From Eledone cirrhosa (Eukaryota): a DNA stretch of 64,000 bases. The position numbers were made by a program, and so were the translations under genes. Shown piece after piece: positions 31,533 through 47,006 of the stretch. The stretch spans positions 86,800,001 through 86,864,000 of the forward strand of contig OZ024742.1 in NCBI GenBank assembly GCA_964016885.1, read 5' to 3'. The notes under the pieces are model-generated. The model saw only the letters and a list, made by a program, of their open reading frames with translations. It was not told the origin of the DNA and did not search any database. Positions within the stretch are counted from its first letter, which is position 1. Each line of letters starts with the position of its first letter.

Positions 31533-31766
31533 CACACTCTGCCACATACTTACATACATGTACATGCATGCACACACACGGGCTCATAAGCTCATGCATA
31601 TACGCACACATGCCCATATACACCCCCCATAAACACCCATGTATATATATATATCTGCACACATACACACACACACCTACGCACAATTCCACACATAAAA
31701 ACACTCAAATATAAACACAATAGGATAGTAAGATAAAATAAATCAATTTACAATATTTTAGAATAC

Positions 31767-31805
<39 letters not shown>

Positions 31806-31827
31806 GTATATATATATATGTATATAT

Positions 31828-31895
<68 letters not shown>

Positions 31896-31932
31896 TATAC
31901 ATACTATATATATATACATATACACACACGCA

Positions 31933-31965
<33 letters not shown>

Positions 31966-32027
31966 CATATATGGACTTGTGCAATAAATCATGCCCATAC
32001 ACACAAATAGATACAGAGAAACATATA

Positions 32028-32105
<78 letters not shown>

Positions 32106-33471
32106 ATGTATCAAGAATAAATAGAACACACATATAAACAAACTATTCAAGTAATCGAATGTTAGCCTAATTCAGTTGGAAGTAAAATAACATATCGATA
32201 TAATAACAACTGATAAATAATATATCTATTTTACTTATGTTTTCAAAAATGACACTCACACACACATATATGCATATATATATATATATATCGGTGTGTG
32301 TATGTGTGTATGCGTGTGTATGCATGTGCATCTGTGTGTGTCTGTGTCATATATATACAGATATATATATGTTGTGTTTGTGTGTGTTTGTATGTGAATG
32401 GGTGTGTTTGAGTGTGCATGTGTATGTGCGCGCGTACGTATGAACAAACAGACTTATAAATGTGTGCAAATGTTAGTTGAGAATTACAATGTTTCCATCT
32501 TTTCTAAATATACGTGTGTGAAAATATATATTATTCCATTTTCGATTACATATTACAAAAAAAAATTGTAAACTATAGGTGTTTCAGGGTATAAAAAATA
32601 TGTTTTCATTTATTTTCATCTATGCTAGATCTGTTTTTTTAAAATTGTTACTGCTATGTTTATCCCAAAAGAATTACTTGCAGCTACAACAACAAAAGTA
32701 TAGACCCCAAAATTATTATCATAAATATGTCAAACAATACATATATAAAAGTAATGCTACTGTTTATAAAAGACAAAGGAATAGGTGGATACAAGGAATG
32801 ATATATAATATATATATTATTTTGATATTAAATAAACAAAGCCCGATAAATACTAGAATATGCTAAATATGATACTGTCTTGTATGTATCCCATCGATAT
32901 TATGAAATAAGTTACGTTTCAGCAAAGTCATTTCATCCCTGACTTCATACTAACACTTCTATTATCACGAAACACACAGGCATACACATACAGACACACA
33001 CAAGCACTCATATATATATATGAATTAAACATGTATATATATATATTTATATTCATATGTATATATATGAAGTATACATGAATACATATGGGCACGTTTA
33101 TCAGTTATTTAATTACTACAGGATTATCAATCCTTCTGTATCAAATATATGTTCGCACATTTCTCATGCTTCTCGTGAAGATAAAGTCTCAATAACATTA
33201 CATAAGTTATCAGAATTAATGATTTCCTCAACCAATACAAAGGAACCAAGACCAAGCACTTCGTTGAGCCATTGAACCATATTCATTATCTTTTTTTCCT
33301 TTTATATTAATACATACACACAGGCACATGGAGTGAAATTACCTTCTAGGACACTTCTCAATCTTCCAAATTAGATATTTGTGTATATTTTACCCGATGG
33401 GTTTTCAGCTACACATTCTGTATTCATACCGATATACATTTATACACACACACACTCACACACACACACAA

Positions 33472-33502
<31 letters not shown>

Positions 33503-33586
33503 AACGTTCCCCCCCCCACACTCACACAAACACGTACCCCCCCCCCCCATATATATATATATATATAAAGTGACAACAAGATTTGC

Positions 33587-33832
33587 AGCATTTTGTAAAC
33601 TTTATTTCATTTTACATTTGATTCTGAATCGATGAGCTCGGGTTTGATCATGCGATCGGATTCCGATTCTTAATCAACACTTCTTCAGATATGAGAACTT
33701 GAATGGGACCACGTATGGAAACACTCATATCAAAAGAAGTGTCGATCAAGAGTGAGGATCCGATCGCATAATCAAACACGAGCGTATCTATATAGAAACA
33801 ATTATAGTATGAAATCAAATTTGCAAAATGCT
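33587..33832. repeat. Diverged fold-back inverted repeat (~110-bp arms)
   Basis: TTTGATCATGCGATCGGAT / ATCCGATCGCATAATCAAA and ACACTTCTTCAGATATGAG / CTCATATCAAAAGAAGTGT. Confidence 0.85.
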
Positions 33833-33967
33833 AATATTCTCTATTATCACTTTGTATACACTCTGCAATCTACAATTGTTTTATACCCAGTAGTTACGGA
33901 TCCAGTAACAGCATCGAGTACTTCGACCAGCATCGCTGTAAGTAACTCGCCGTTAGTTACTCACATA

Positions 33968-34047
<80 letters not shown>

Positions 34048-34152
34048 GTTGCTCCTTCTACCTGGAGTTGCGACCGATAGATAGTACTAGCAACTGCAAA
34101 GACCAACGGAAACATTGTTTCCTCGGTCCGATTTGACGAAAGTCGATCGATC

Positions 34153-34209
<57 letters not shown>

Positions 34210-34252
34210 AGGAAGTTATAGTTCATTTGAAGCATTGTGTAATGAGACATAC

Positions 34253-34530
34253 ACGTTTGTAATTGTAAAGCCAAAACAATGCAGGTATGGATATAGAATA
34301 TAAATGCAAATGCAAAAGATAATGTTGACAATTAGTCTTTTACCTTAAATGTATTTAAATATCCTTAATTTTCGAGATAATATCTCTTCTTCGGAGGGAT
34401 GTAAAGTTGTTAAACAAGCGTTCTAAATAGCTTGCCAAGGTAGAAGACTAATTGTCAACAATAACTTTTGCATTTGCATTTATATTCTATATCCATACCT
34501 GCATTATTTTGGCTTTACAAACACAAACGT
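34253..34530. repeat. Fold-back inverted repeat (~90-bp arms) with a hammerhead-like motif in the spacer
   Basis: Arms are near-perfect. On the minus strand the spacer reads CCGAAGA-A-GAGAU AUU AUCUC-GAAA at 34361-34400. Confidence 0.85.
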
Positions 34531-34595
34531 TTATATATGTATATATATATATGTATATGTATAAATGATATATATATATATATATATATATATAG

Positions 34596-34693
<98 letters not shown>

Positions 34694-34724
34694 ATATATA
34701 TAAATACATATATATATATTTATA

Positions 34725-34774
<50 letters not shown>

Positions 34775-34802
34775 TATATATATATACGTGTATATATATA
34801 AA

Positions 34803-34842
<40 letters not shown>

Positions 34843-34847
34843 AAAAA

Positions 34848-34916
<69 letters not shown>

Positions 34917-35017
34917 CTATATATATATATATTTTTTTTTTCACTACATATATATATATATTTTTTTTTTCACTATATATATATACATATATTTTGTTTG
35001 TTCACTATATATATATA

Positions 35018-35305
35018 TATTGTTATACTTGGGGAGGATCATATTTGTGTAATATTGCCAGAATTAATAACAGAACGCACTCACTGTTTGGTTGGTTTTC
35101 GCTTTTCGCTTCTGTGTCTTTTATATCGGTAATCTAATTTAATTTATTCGGTCCTCAATGTTGCCATCGACTGACCAACGGTCTAAAATACAGATACAAT
35201 ATAGACACAAACACATATATATAGTTTATCAAAGTTCTTACGTTGCACATCTGCAACATCGTCAGTGGTGCTATTGTTTCCTCCCGTTGCATCGTATCTT
35301 CGCAA

Positions 35306-35361
<56 letters not shown>

Positions 35362-36013
35362 ATATGTATGTTTTATGTTCATATATATATATGTATGCAT
35401 GTTGCACTAAGGGAGGATTTCACGAGATGCTTCTTCTGTATATGTATGGTTAATACGTTCACCAGTGCATATAATTATGTCTACTTCATAGATTGCAAAA
35501 TATGCTATCCACGTGTCAAGTCTGCATTAATGTAATAGATAGTAATTTAATCTATGGAATATATATCTATCTGTATATATATGTATATATATATATATAT
35601 ATATAACTGTTTCTACTTTAGGCACAAGGCAGCAATTACCCAGTACATTACTGGTACTTTATTTTATCGACCCCGTAAGGATGCAAGGCAAAGTTAACCT
35701 GGGCGGGATTTGAACTCAAAATGGCAAGGGCCGTAACTATGATAGAAAGCATGGTGTCTGACGCTCTACCGATTCTGCAAAATCTACAAGGTCGATAAAT
35801 TAGTTTTGCGAGGTTTTTCATATGAAATCGTGTGTCTATATTGTATCTGTATTATTTTTGACCGTTGGTCAGTCAATTGCAACATTGAGGACCGAATAAA
35901 TTAGATTACCGATATAAAAGACACAGAAGCGAAAAGAGAAATCCAACCAAACAGTGAGTGTGTTTTGTTATTAATTCTGGCAATATTACACAAATATGAC
36001 CCTCCCCAAGTAT

Positions 36014-36020
<7 letters not shown>
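35018..36020. repeat. Inverted repeat (~190-bp arms) enclosing a SINE
   Basis: 35018-35208 is the reverse complement of 35831-36020. Both ends abut (TA)n. Confidence 0.9.
35608..35787 (-). mobile_element. SINE family A copy
   Basis: Homologous to 17107-17285. Confidence 0.88.
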
Positions 36021-36103
<83 letters not shown>

Positions 36104-36317
36104 TTGTCAGGTTCGCTATGGTGAAAAACATACTAACTATGGACAATAGGGTTTGCCAGATTCAATTACGATTTGAACACATATATGTATATGTCTGTGT
36201 TTATCTCTCTTTTATATTCAACTAGCAGTATATCCCGGCGTTGCACGGATAAGAACATCGGTAATTAGCACTTCCAATTAGAAATTTTTATTTGTCAGTG
36301 CCTGCTAAAAACTCACG

Positions 36318-36553
36318 AACTGGACATGCTGACCTATATCCACAGTTGACACTGCATTCAGTGCGCCTGTGGGAGCCCCTGCATGGACACGCTGGAAGAG
36401 GAAGACCAAAGTTAACATATGTTGATGCCCTAATGACAGACATTGGCTGATCTATTGGAGACGTAGGACATGGCAGCCATAACGATGGCCAGAGACTGCT
36501 GGAGAGAACTCGTCCATGGATCTCGGGATTTTACCCGCCCTAGATAGATAGAT
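36318..36553 (+). mobile_element. 3' end of an RTE-clade LINE with a (TAGA)n tail
   Basis: [37 protein letters not shown]. Confidence 0.8.
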
Positions 36554-36626
36554 AAATCTATTTTTATGTGTGTATTTATATATAAGTATATGTGTATTTA
36601 TATATATGTGTATATGTGTTTGTATA

Positions 36627-36751
<125 letters not shown>

Positions 36752-36759
36752 AAGATGTA

Positions 36760-37520
<761 letters not shown>

Positions 37521-37545
37521 ATGTAAACATGTATATATGTGTATG

Positions 37546-37631
<86 letters not shown>

Positions 37632-38023
37632 AATGTCGCCAAGATAATAACTCACCAATGACGTGTTTGTCATAATGTCGTTATGCAGACAGCCAGGCTA
37701 ACAATCAGATATTATAAGAGCGCGACGGAGATCGATAACCGGCGCCTGACACCCATTTAACAACAGAAAATTGAAAAATAAAAGCGGCAGTTAATATCTT
37801 TAGACGGCAAGGAATATATAAATGCAAGTCTGAAGTCAATCGGACTAGAAATGTGGATTTGTAAAGACTTTTCAAAAATTAGGACACACACACACACACA
37901 CACAGACAACTACAGTTTTATATATATAGATTTTAATATACGGCTCCGAAAAATCTCTTTCCTTGAGCTATTTTATTGTAAGAGACTATTTTGAGTTACT
38001 AACTGAAACTCAATATATACCTT

Positions 38024-38103
<80 letters not shown>

Positions 38104-38108
<5 letters not shown>

Positions 38109-38218
38109 AACGAGAAGGACCCCGACGGCTGAGCTCAAGCCGTTTCAACGGCTAATTAGTCCAGAATTAGCCGTCGAAACTGCTTGAGCTGAGCCGTCGG
38201 GGTCCTACTCGTTCCTAT
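38104..38218. repeat. Near-perfect GC-rich hairpin (~54-bp arms) of a dispersed family also at 2270-2355 and 62580-62775
   Basis: ATAGGAACGAGAAGGACCCCGACGGCT / AGCCGTCGGGGTCCTACTCGTTCCTAT. Confidence 0.92.
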
Positions 38219-38458
38219 TACCCACTCTACTACTCTAAGTATTGAGTACTTTGGTGCGTTATGGTCATTCTGGTTCCTTACCACATTTCATTCGTTATAT
38301 ATATATATATGTATATGTATTTTTATGTCTGCGTTTGTGTGTCTGTCTGTTTGACTATGCTAACTGTACATATACAGGCAAAATATACAGAGTTACATTC
38401 AAAATTCCTCGCATATATAGACGCCCCCACACATTCTTGTATATATTTATAGCTTGAG

Positions 38459-38552
38459 AATTTGCGGAAGACCCGAAAGAAGCTCTTGATATTCAAAAAT
38501 TAAACAAAATTAATGACATATTAACAGCACAAACCACCAGTCAATATTACAT
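38459..38552 (+). CDS. Weak internal exon candidate (FAEDPKEALDIQKLNKINDILTAQTTSQYY)
   Basis: GTAAGT donor and a phase-1 entry compatible with 6456-6522, but it needs a poor GAG acceptor. Confidence 0.22.
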
Positions 38553-40629
38553 GTAAGTATTCATCTATGTTGACGTTCTCAGTCAAAATAGTGCTTCTAA
38601 TTTTATAACTCAAATTTCTATACAAATTATATACATCCCACTCGGTGAAAAATGAATAGGGCTTTTTTATGTAATTGTTTTATAAACGTCCGTTATATTC
38701 AGTCAATCGCTATATATCATTACTTATAGTTAATGATATGAGGCTCAAATACTTTAATCAGTTTATACTTATTTCGATACACGCTATTGGGTTTTATTAA
38801 TAGGGTGTTACAAAAACCATGCGCAAAATAATGAAAGGGTGTGTGTTGTAATTTTGGCATTTTACCGTTTAAACTGCTCTAGTCGTTTATTTCTATTAAC
38901 TAATCCTTGTAAAAATGGCATGTAGAAGTTGAGCGCACTGTTTGTTAGCAATTGCCGTTGTGGCGCCGATCCTGACTAATGTGCAAATTATGAGTAGGCG
39001 TTCATCATTTACTCTGTGTGTGTGTGTATGTTTATGTGTTTTTGTTGTGTGTAAGTGTGTATGTTTGTGTTGTGTCGTTGGCTACATTACTCATTTGTAG
39101 TAGTGAGTTGTGTGGTTTTAAGATGTTATCATTTCTTAGTATGATACATCTGGCATAGGTGTCGTTGTGTAATATGTGTCTCTTTTTTCTATCGCCAGAT
39201 ATATCTGTTTACAGCGATGTGTACTTTTCACATTGATATAATTGCAGCCTACATTGTTCATTTTACAAGGCTATTGTCATGAAGTCTCAGTGCTAAAACA
39301 TTACTTTTATACTTTCTCGTACATATATTCTGCAATATATGATCTATATTCAAAAATATTAAAAAAATAAATATACAAACTGAGGAGGTAATCGATGAAC
39401 AACTACGACGTACGTCATCTTAACAATAGCCTACTTATGCTTCGTTAATGAGAATCGCTACAAGCCATCCTTTGCGAAGTAAAACCAATGAAAATCTTCT
39501 TTTACGACAAATATTGAATTTATCAAAGACAGCATAACAATAACCATTAAGAATTAAACATATACGCCCATTCAGTCATCTTGTGCAGGCGTGCGTGAAT
39601 TGATATTTTGATAGTAGATCACAATGTAAATATACTTATATTTTTACTGATTATAACATGTTTACGTAATATCTACTAAAGGGAATCTCCAATAAACCAA
39701 GTATTGCAGTTCTTACATAACTTGATGATACTTTGCGTATTCAAATAGGCGCAATGTTTTACTTCGTTCTTTAAAGTGAAATGTGTAACCATGTTCATTA
39801 GTTATATGGATTTATTGGGAATTCATTCTTGATTCTTTTAGAAAATATTATACTTATTTCATACGAATAACATCTTCAATGCATCATTTTATTCTTCTGT
39901 ATTGCTTTACTTTTTGTTACAAGGCCACACGCTCATAATGTAAATATATGTTCTCAAAATGATTATTGAATACAATCTTTGTGTCTCGCATACACAACAC
40001 TTATTCTGTTTTTAAGAATAGACGGAACGTTTTGGGGGAGATTTGATCAATATTTGTTAAGGTCCAATTAACAACATCAGAACTACTTTGTCAGCGCAAA
40101 TAAATGTTACTAAATGATTTCTTAGTATTTGATCATCTTAAGAAACCCGTTTCAGACAAATTTCTCATCTATTTGATCTTTAAGTTTTAGGCAAAAATCA
40201 AGAAAATGTCGGGAATTTTTGCATAGTGCCCTGAGCAGAATTCCGCTGAATCTAGATAAGAACAAAGGCAAAACACACTTTCATGTGAGATTGATTTTCT
40301 CACGAATGAAACTTTCATTAAAGACGCGTGGTAAGTTACAACAGGAACTAAAGTGAGAGAAACATACGAGGGAAACAAAAAAACCTTTTTTCCAAAATAC
40401 GCTACAGTAGACTGTATTGCATGAATAAATGTACGCCCATTAATGTCAGGGAGAGGAATCTTTAGCCTAGCGCACAAATACTGCTTTGTAGCACAATCAC
40501 AACTCCACGTGAGTAGGGATGCGTTCTCAATGCATACCAATCTTAATAAGTTGTTTTTTTGTTTGTGATTGCCATTATATCACCATTTAAGTGAAATTAA
40601 AGAGGCGTAGACTGTGTAAAATACAGCAT

Positions 40630-40710
<81 letters not shown>

Positions 40711-40714
40711 AGTG

Positions 40715-40777
<63 letters not shown>

Positions 40778-40879
40778 AATTTCTAGTAGTTGAACCTTAA
40801 AGTATTTTGGCTCGTCTAAATATAGGTGTTATGTAGCCTGGATGACTGTCACTACCCCGCTATCCGAGGCGTGAATTAA

Positions 40880-42030
40880 CTGCGCCTCGTGGTGTAAACG
40901 GCAAAAGTAGTACCCAGAGATTGGCCAGAGATACATGCTGCAACAGACACCCCACCTCACGGCACTTACTCCTGTTTCTGATGTGGAGGGGATATCAGAA
41001 GTGTAACACCAAGGAGCCAGAGATCTCGACGAGGAACAGTACAAAGAGGAAGTGCTCTGTCAGATCCCGATATTTGCCTATCACGCCCCCACCCCTTGCG
41101 CCGCATACCGGACAGTGGAAGACGGGTTTGTGGCCAGAGGCTCCCAAATTAGGGATTTTCTCATCCACGATAGCGAAGCGGTTTAATCAGTCAAGACTTT
41201 TGTCATAATCAGCTTCGAGACAGTCGGCGGCATTTATGTAGGGAAACCGGCTACCTCCAGGCTCCTTCTGACGATGTCTTTCAGAATAGCATGACGGGTG
41301 CGCTGGTCTGCACTGAGGCGACGAGATAAAAGGTGCAGACAAAACATGTCGACCACTGCTCTATAACAGCACTCCTTATAAAAACGGAAATCGCTTAATG
41401 AGGAGAGCACCGAATGGAGCCAAATACCACTGATTGACAGCGAGGCTGAACGTAGTTAGGCGAGATAGCGTTGTTCCGAGGAATACACGATACGCCTGAA
41501 GGTTGACTTGAACCACGCTGTCATACATACATATATCAACAGTTCACTAGGGGAGTGTAAAGCCAGCGTCAGTTAAATAAGTGAGGGTTGACGCCAGTTC
41601 CTGTGTTACATCGGGTTCTGTTTTCTTCAAGTAGGGAGAATGCCAGCAGTACCTTTTGAAGTGTTCATCAGACGGCGAAGCCACCGAATCTCACGGGGTG
41701 ATTCGGCTGGTGTCAGCCGGATGGTATTATCTAGTTCGGACGTGTCGATCAGCAAGAGGTTAGGATGGTATAGCGAGTAGAGTGAAGTGGAATTTCAGAA
41801 GAATAAAGCAGTTCGAAAAAAGTCGAGGTTCCTAACGTCTGGTACCATTGTCGGATGGTGGCATCTAGTCCGGTCGAGTCGATCAGCTAGAGGGTAGGAA
41901 GGCGTAGCGAATAGTGCGAAGAGGAAATTCAGGAGCGTAAAGCTGTTCGTCAAGAGCAGAGGTTCGCAACGTGCCGCTAAAACCCCAGGGAGCGTTGAAA
42001 ATGTCCAGGAGGCGCTGTAGCCTTAATTGG
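40880..42030 (-). mobile_element. Decayed CRE-clade RLE non-LTR retrotransposon
   Basis: Manual translation across frameshifts gives LLTNSF..FLFAL, PVRFGGFAV, GIWLHS, LSRRLSADQRTRHAILKDIVRRSLEVAGFP, KSLIW, KYRDLTEHFLFVLFLVEISG and LLQHVSLA. This matches the CRE-type RT/RLE C-terminal pattern. Confidence 0.72.
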
Positions 42031-42420
42031 TGGTGGTGGTCGGTAGAGATGATATAATATTATATCAAATATCAAATTATACATATTATATATTAATATA
42101 GTAAAATAAAAAAATATATGATATTTATTCATACATAGTATACAAATAAACGATTTTATCCATTATATATTATTTACAATTTGCAGCCAGGCTGTTCTCT
42201 CTTGAAACAGGGGTGTGAGATGGTGTGGGATGCTGAAGTTATTATATGACCGTGACACGGGTGGTATTACAAACAGTTTGAGAACAGTTTGAGGAGGATC
42301 GCCGTGTGCGCGTCGATGTGGCGTAATCTCCCTATTATTATCGTCAAGTCTGCATGCTTAGTCTCCAGTCACAATTCGTGTTGTCATTATATGTGTACAC
42401 AATTTATTTGCGCCTATATG

Positions 42421-42474
<54 letters not shown>

Positions 42475-43834
42475 CATATTATGTAATTGTAACATATTTC
42501 TAGAACAATTCGTTTAACACAGCCAAAATGCATATCCTACGAATTAACCTTAAACTATTTCCCATGTGATCTAAATTTCATTTCCCGTTTCTCTATTATT
42601 GCAACGGAAATTCGTAAACGCTTTTTTTTTCTCATCACAAATATCAAATTACATTATTACTACCAACTTCACACATAAACTTTACATTTCAGCATTTCTG
42701 TCTATTCCTTCATAGATATATATGTTTAAATAAAACATTGCAGAACATGTTTTGTTTAAATTTGAGGTTTATGATTTTCGCAGCAATCTTAACATTTCCA
42801 TTGATTCGATACTGTCTAAACAGTTGAGTAACAGATGGTTGTCCTTAAAATGTTATCATGGTTTCGACAAAAACATATAGTAGCCAAGTCTAGGAGTGTT
42901 CCTCCCAGAGCTTTCACGAATATTAAAAGAAAGAAAAACAACATTGCTTATATATTTTAATGTGAATTGCAATCACAATATCGTTTGCCATAACGTACAA
43001 TGGGTTACATTTGTACGTTTATGAACATTATCTAATGAGCAATTAATATTGCTATCACAAGTTCATTAAAATCCATAACGCTCTCTAGCTTCTCATCACC
43101 ACGAGCGGATAAATATAATGCACATATGTCAAGATATCAAACATAATATGTTCTTTTATTTAAATATCAAATAATATATGTATTGGGATATTTTTTCATG
43201 AAACTAAATATTAACGCAATCAATTGGAAATGTTCGATATAAAACTATTTGCACTGAGTAATTGAAGTAGATAGTATTTTAAGGGGTAATCTCATGCTTA
43301 AAAATACACCACATTTAAATATACATAATTATATTTGAGCGGATACTGTTAGTATTACAAAACACAAAATAAATATAAGCCAATGTTTATGATGGAAATA
43401 TCGGGGTACGTTTTATCAATTAGAAATTACATAACATCATATTCTTCGTTTCTGATACATCTACACTAACTTTAAAGCGTATCGTAAGTAACCATCACTA
43501 TATATACAGTTATAAAATGTTTCTCTATAAATAAATAGATGATTTGATTTGTAGATACATGGATATTTATAGATATGTTTATATATATATTAATAAAAGT
43601 AAACAAATATATCAAAATAAAACGAGAATTGTAAAGTAAACTCAATAGTGTTTGCAAACGCCGGAATTTGTTAAAACATGAGTAAATATTTACATTGGAA
43701 TGCTTTGAGAGTAGTATTGTATTAATAATAAATAATGAAAATCCGATGTATTTACTATTTTCATTTACTCACAAACTATATAAACATGAAGTATAATTTT
43801 ATTGTGAGCAATTCGTTCACTGTCTATCAAATAA

Positions 43835-44093
43835 TTGTTTCTACTTTAGACACAAGCCAGCAATTACCCAGTACATTACTGGAACTTTATTTTATCGAGC
43901 CCGTAAGGATGAAAGGCAAAGTTAACCTCGGCTGGATTTCAACTCAGACTGTAAAGGGACGTAACTATGCTAGAAACAATGGCGTCCAACCCTCTACCGA
44001 TACTGCCAATCCACCACCCTATCTTTCTATCAAATAATTGTTTCTACTTTTGGCACAAGGCCAGCAATTATCCCAGTGTATTACTGGTACTTT
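43835..44093 (-). mobile_element. SINE family A: full copy (43835-44017) plus a 3'-end-only copy (44037-44093)
   Basis: Homology to family A. TCTATCAAATAAT occurs three times around the two copies. Confidence 0.88.
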
Positions 44094-46911
44094 CTTTCTA
44101 TCAAATAATGACCTAAGTTTGGTGCAGTTGAATATTGGTTAACAAAGAAACTTAACACGATTTTTCTAATATATGTTTAACAATATCCTCCAATAAAAGT
44201 AGAAACATTATACCGATTAATTACTCATCGACATGTGTAGCGAATGACGTGATTACAACTCCATAAAGTACATTTGTTTGATGAGAATGTTGACGTGTGA
44301 TGCATTTACATTTACTTGTTGATTGCAAACAATAAGCGGTAAAGTGATTTCAAATTAATAATTACTTTATTCTGAGACTAGCATGTAACATTCATGTGCA
44401 ACGATGTATAATTTAAACAAATAACGATCCCTCATTAAACAAACATTCATTGTCATATTCGACAATGTTAGCAGATTATTTTAAGTACATCGAATTTAAA
44501 CTCATATTAAATTAGTTTGGGAGGGAAACCTTCATAAAAGTGAATATATATCAGATCTAACTTACTAAAAATTCCCTATTATCATTTTTTTTTTGCATTT
44601 AATTTGCTTTTCTGAAGAATTAACCCACAACAATTATTAAGCCGATTATCTATTTTACAGTGCCTGTTATATAATTTAGGGGTTATATCATGGATAAGAA
44701 AATACAAGTTGCATGGATTGATATATCTCAGCCGTATGCCAATATGATAATTAACATTATTGTTATTGACTAGTCCGCGAAATTTATTCGGATTTCCGTT
44801 AAATGTCATACCGGCCTTAAAATGTGCATGTTCACAGAATGTTTAATCTCAACTAATTTTCTTGAAGATTCTTTTATCTCAAATTATAAAATTTACTTAC
44901 AATTAACTAATCAAGTGCTAATATAGAAAATGTTGAGAGAAAAACCACGGTGTAGGGAGTAAATATAAACTGCTTAATCTGACGTGTTAATATTAACCCT
45001 CATGAAAATATACATATGGCGAAGTTTTTGAGACATTTATGTGATTATATTTCTATTTAGCTAGAATCCAGGTAGTTATGTTCAATAATATATTAATCAT
45101 ATTTAAGCATATTTACTTTCTAATTACTCCACGATAGTTTTCATGCGTCAATATGTGCAAGGTTTCATCGTACATTTTATTTCAATAAGTATCTACGCTA
45201 ATACATAATATCCGAGTGTTATTATGTAAGTTAACAACAGGTACTAGGTCTTTTCTAATCTATGAGGTCTCATTTCTATGAATACATCCGTAGATCAACA
45301 GTAGATTAGCATTGGTTGATATGTTTTGATTACGTAATACGAATACTTTAACATAATGTTGTTAATATGTACTCAATTACATGTTTACAAACTATTTTTT
45401 GTTATTTCTCTGTGTAATATAAATTAAAATAAATTGCTTTTATATAAAGACGTATTTCATTTATATTTGTGAATACTAACATACACAGTTGTAAGCATCA
45501 CATAATTACGACATCAAATTCTGCTATTGAATCTCATTCACCGTTAAGTTTAGATGAAACGAATCGTTATAACTTTCTCCTTCAAAACACACACTATTCT
45601 ATACGGAAATTATATTGTTTTATAGTTTGATTCATAGATGGATATAAATTCATAGATGGATATAAAACTGAGTGCGTATTCTAATGATATACATTTTAAA
45701 TGTTATATAATAATGCAAATCTCAATTAAGTTTTCATTTTATTAACCGTAGTGTAAAACCTCAGCTTAATGCACATATACCTATATATATATATGTGTGT
45801 GTGCGTGTGCGTGTGTGTGTATGTGTATGTCTGTCTGTGTCTGTCTGTATGTCAGTGCGCACGCGCGTGTATGTGAGTGTGTGTATGTGCATGTGTGTAT
45901 GTTTCTATATGTATGCACATAATGGATCAATGACAAATATAATGCCTGTTGAAAATATGCCTTTATAGTCCATTGTAATATGTATTATTTTATGTTTTTG
46001 GTGCTTTTGAAAAGTTCCTGGATATTCAATTGTGATAGAATATAAAATACGTAACGTCCTTGATCTTATGATTTAACAAAATGCATTGTCCCTAGTGCCA
46101 TACAGTACTATTTTTCATGCTGTTTAACATATTTTCCTAATTTGCGCTATTGTATTTAAATGTAATTTTATGCGGAAAGATTGGAAACGAAATGCAGATA
46201 TATACAATACACCATGTGTACATAAGTACATCACTTATAGTGTCTAGTTTGCTAGAGATAAGAGAGTTGATTTTTGTAAGAATAACTTTAAAAATATGAA
46301 GGTAGAATACAAAGTGCTTAAAATATAAATGTTGAAAAATAGTATGAAATAATTTTGAAGGGCCTCTGTGTGAAATGCTTTGTATATGTCTTATAAGGTT
46401 AAAATGATCAAATCCGAGGAAGAGGCATGTCTGAATAATCAACCATACAGCATATAATATGCATTGCTATCCTGATATCCCGTAGTTTCATAGTTTATCT
46501 ACGGGAATTTGGTAAGCAGTGCATTTAGCTATCTTTGGGGAAGCCATTACTATTTTCTGTATATGACCAGGAGAGGAGCTAGTTGAACGTTTCTATTGAT
46601 TTCAATTGTAATTATCATCTTTGAATGGCTGATGTTTTGTTTTGGAAAACATACTAGCTTTCGTATTCAAGAATAAAGTTAATCAATAGACAATTCAATC
46701 ATATTTGTGTATGAATTCAATGTAAATGATCTCTAAATTTATATGTATTTATAAGTTGAATTATGTAGCAAATGACACATGACTATTATCTGTCGATTAA
46801 TAGATGTATTTCTAGCAATTTTTATTAAAAATGCATATCTGTTTAAAATGCTAATAATCAGTGGTAACAAAAGCAGTGTTAACATTTTATGAAAACGACA
46901 CACACACATGC

Positions 46912-47006
<95 letters not shown>

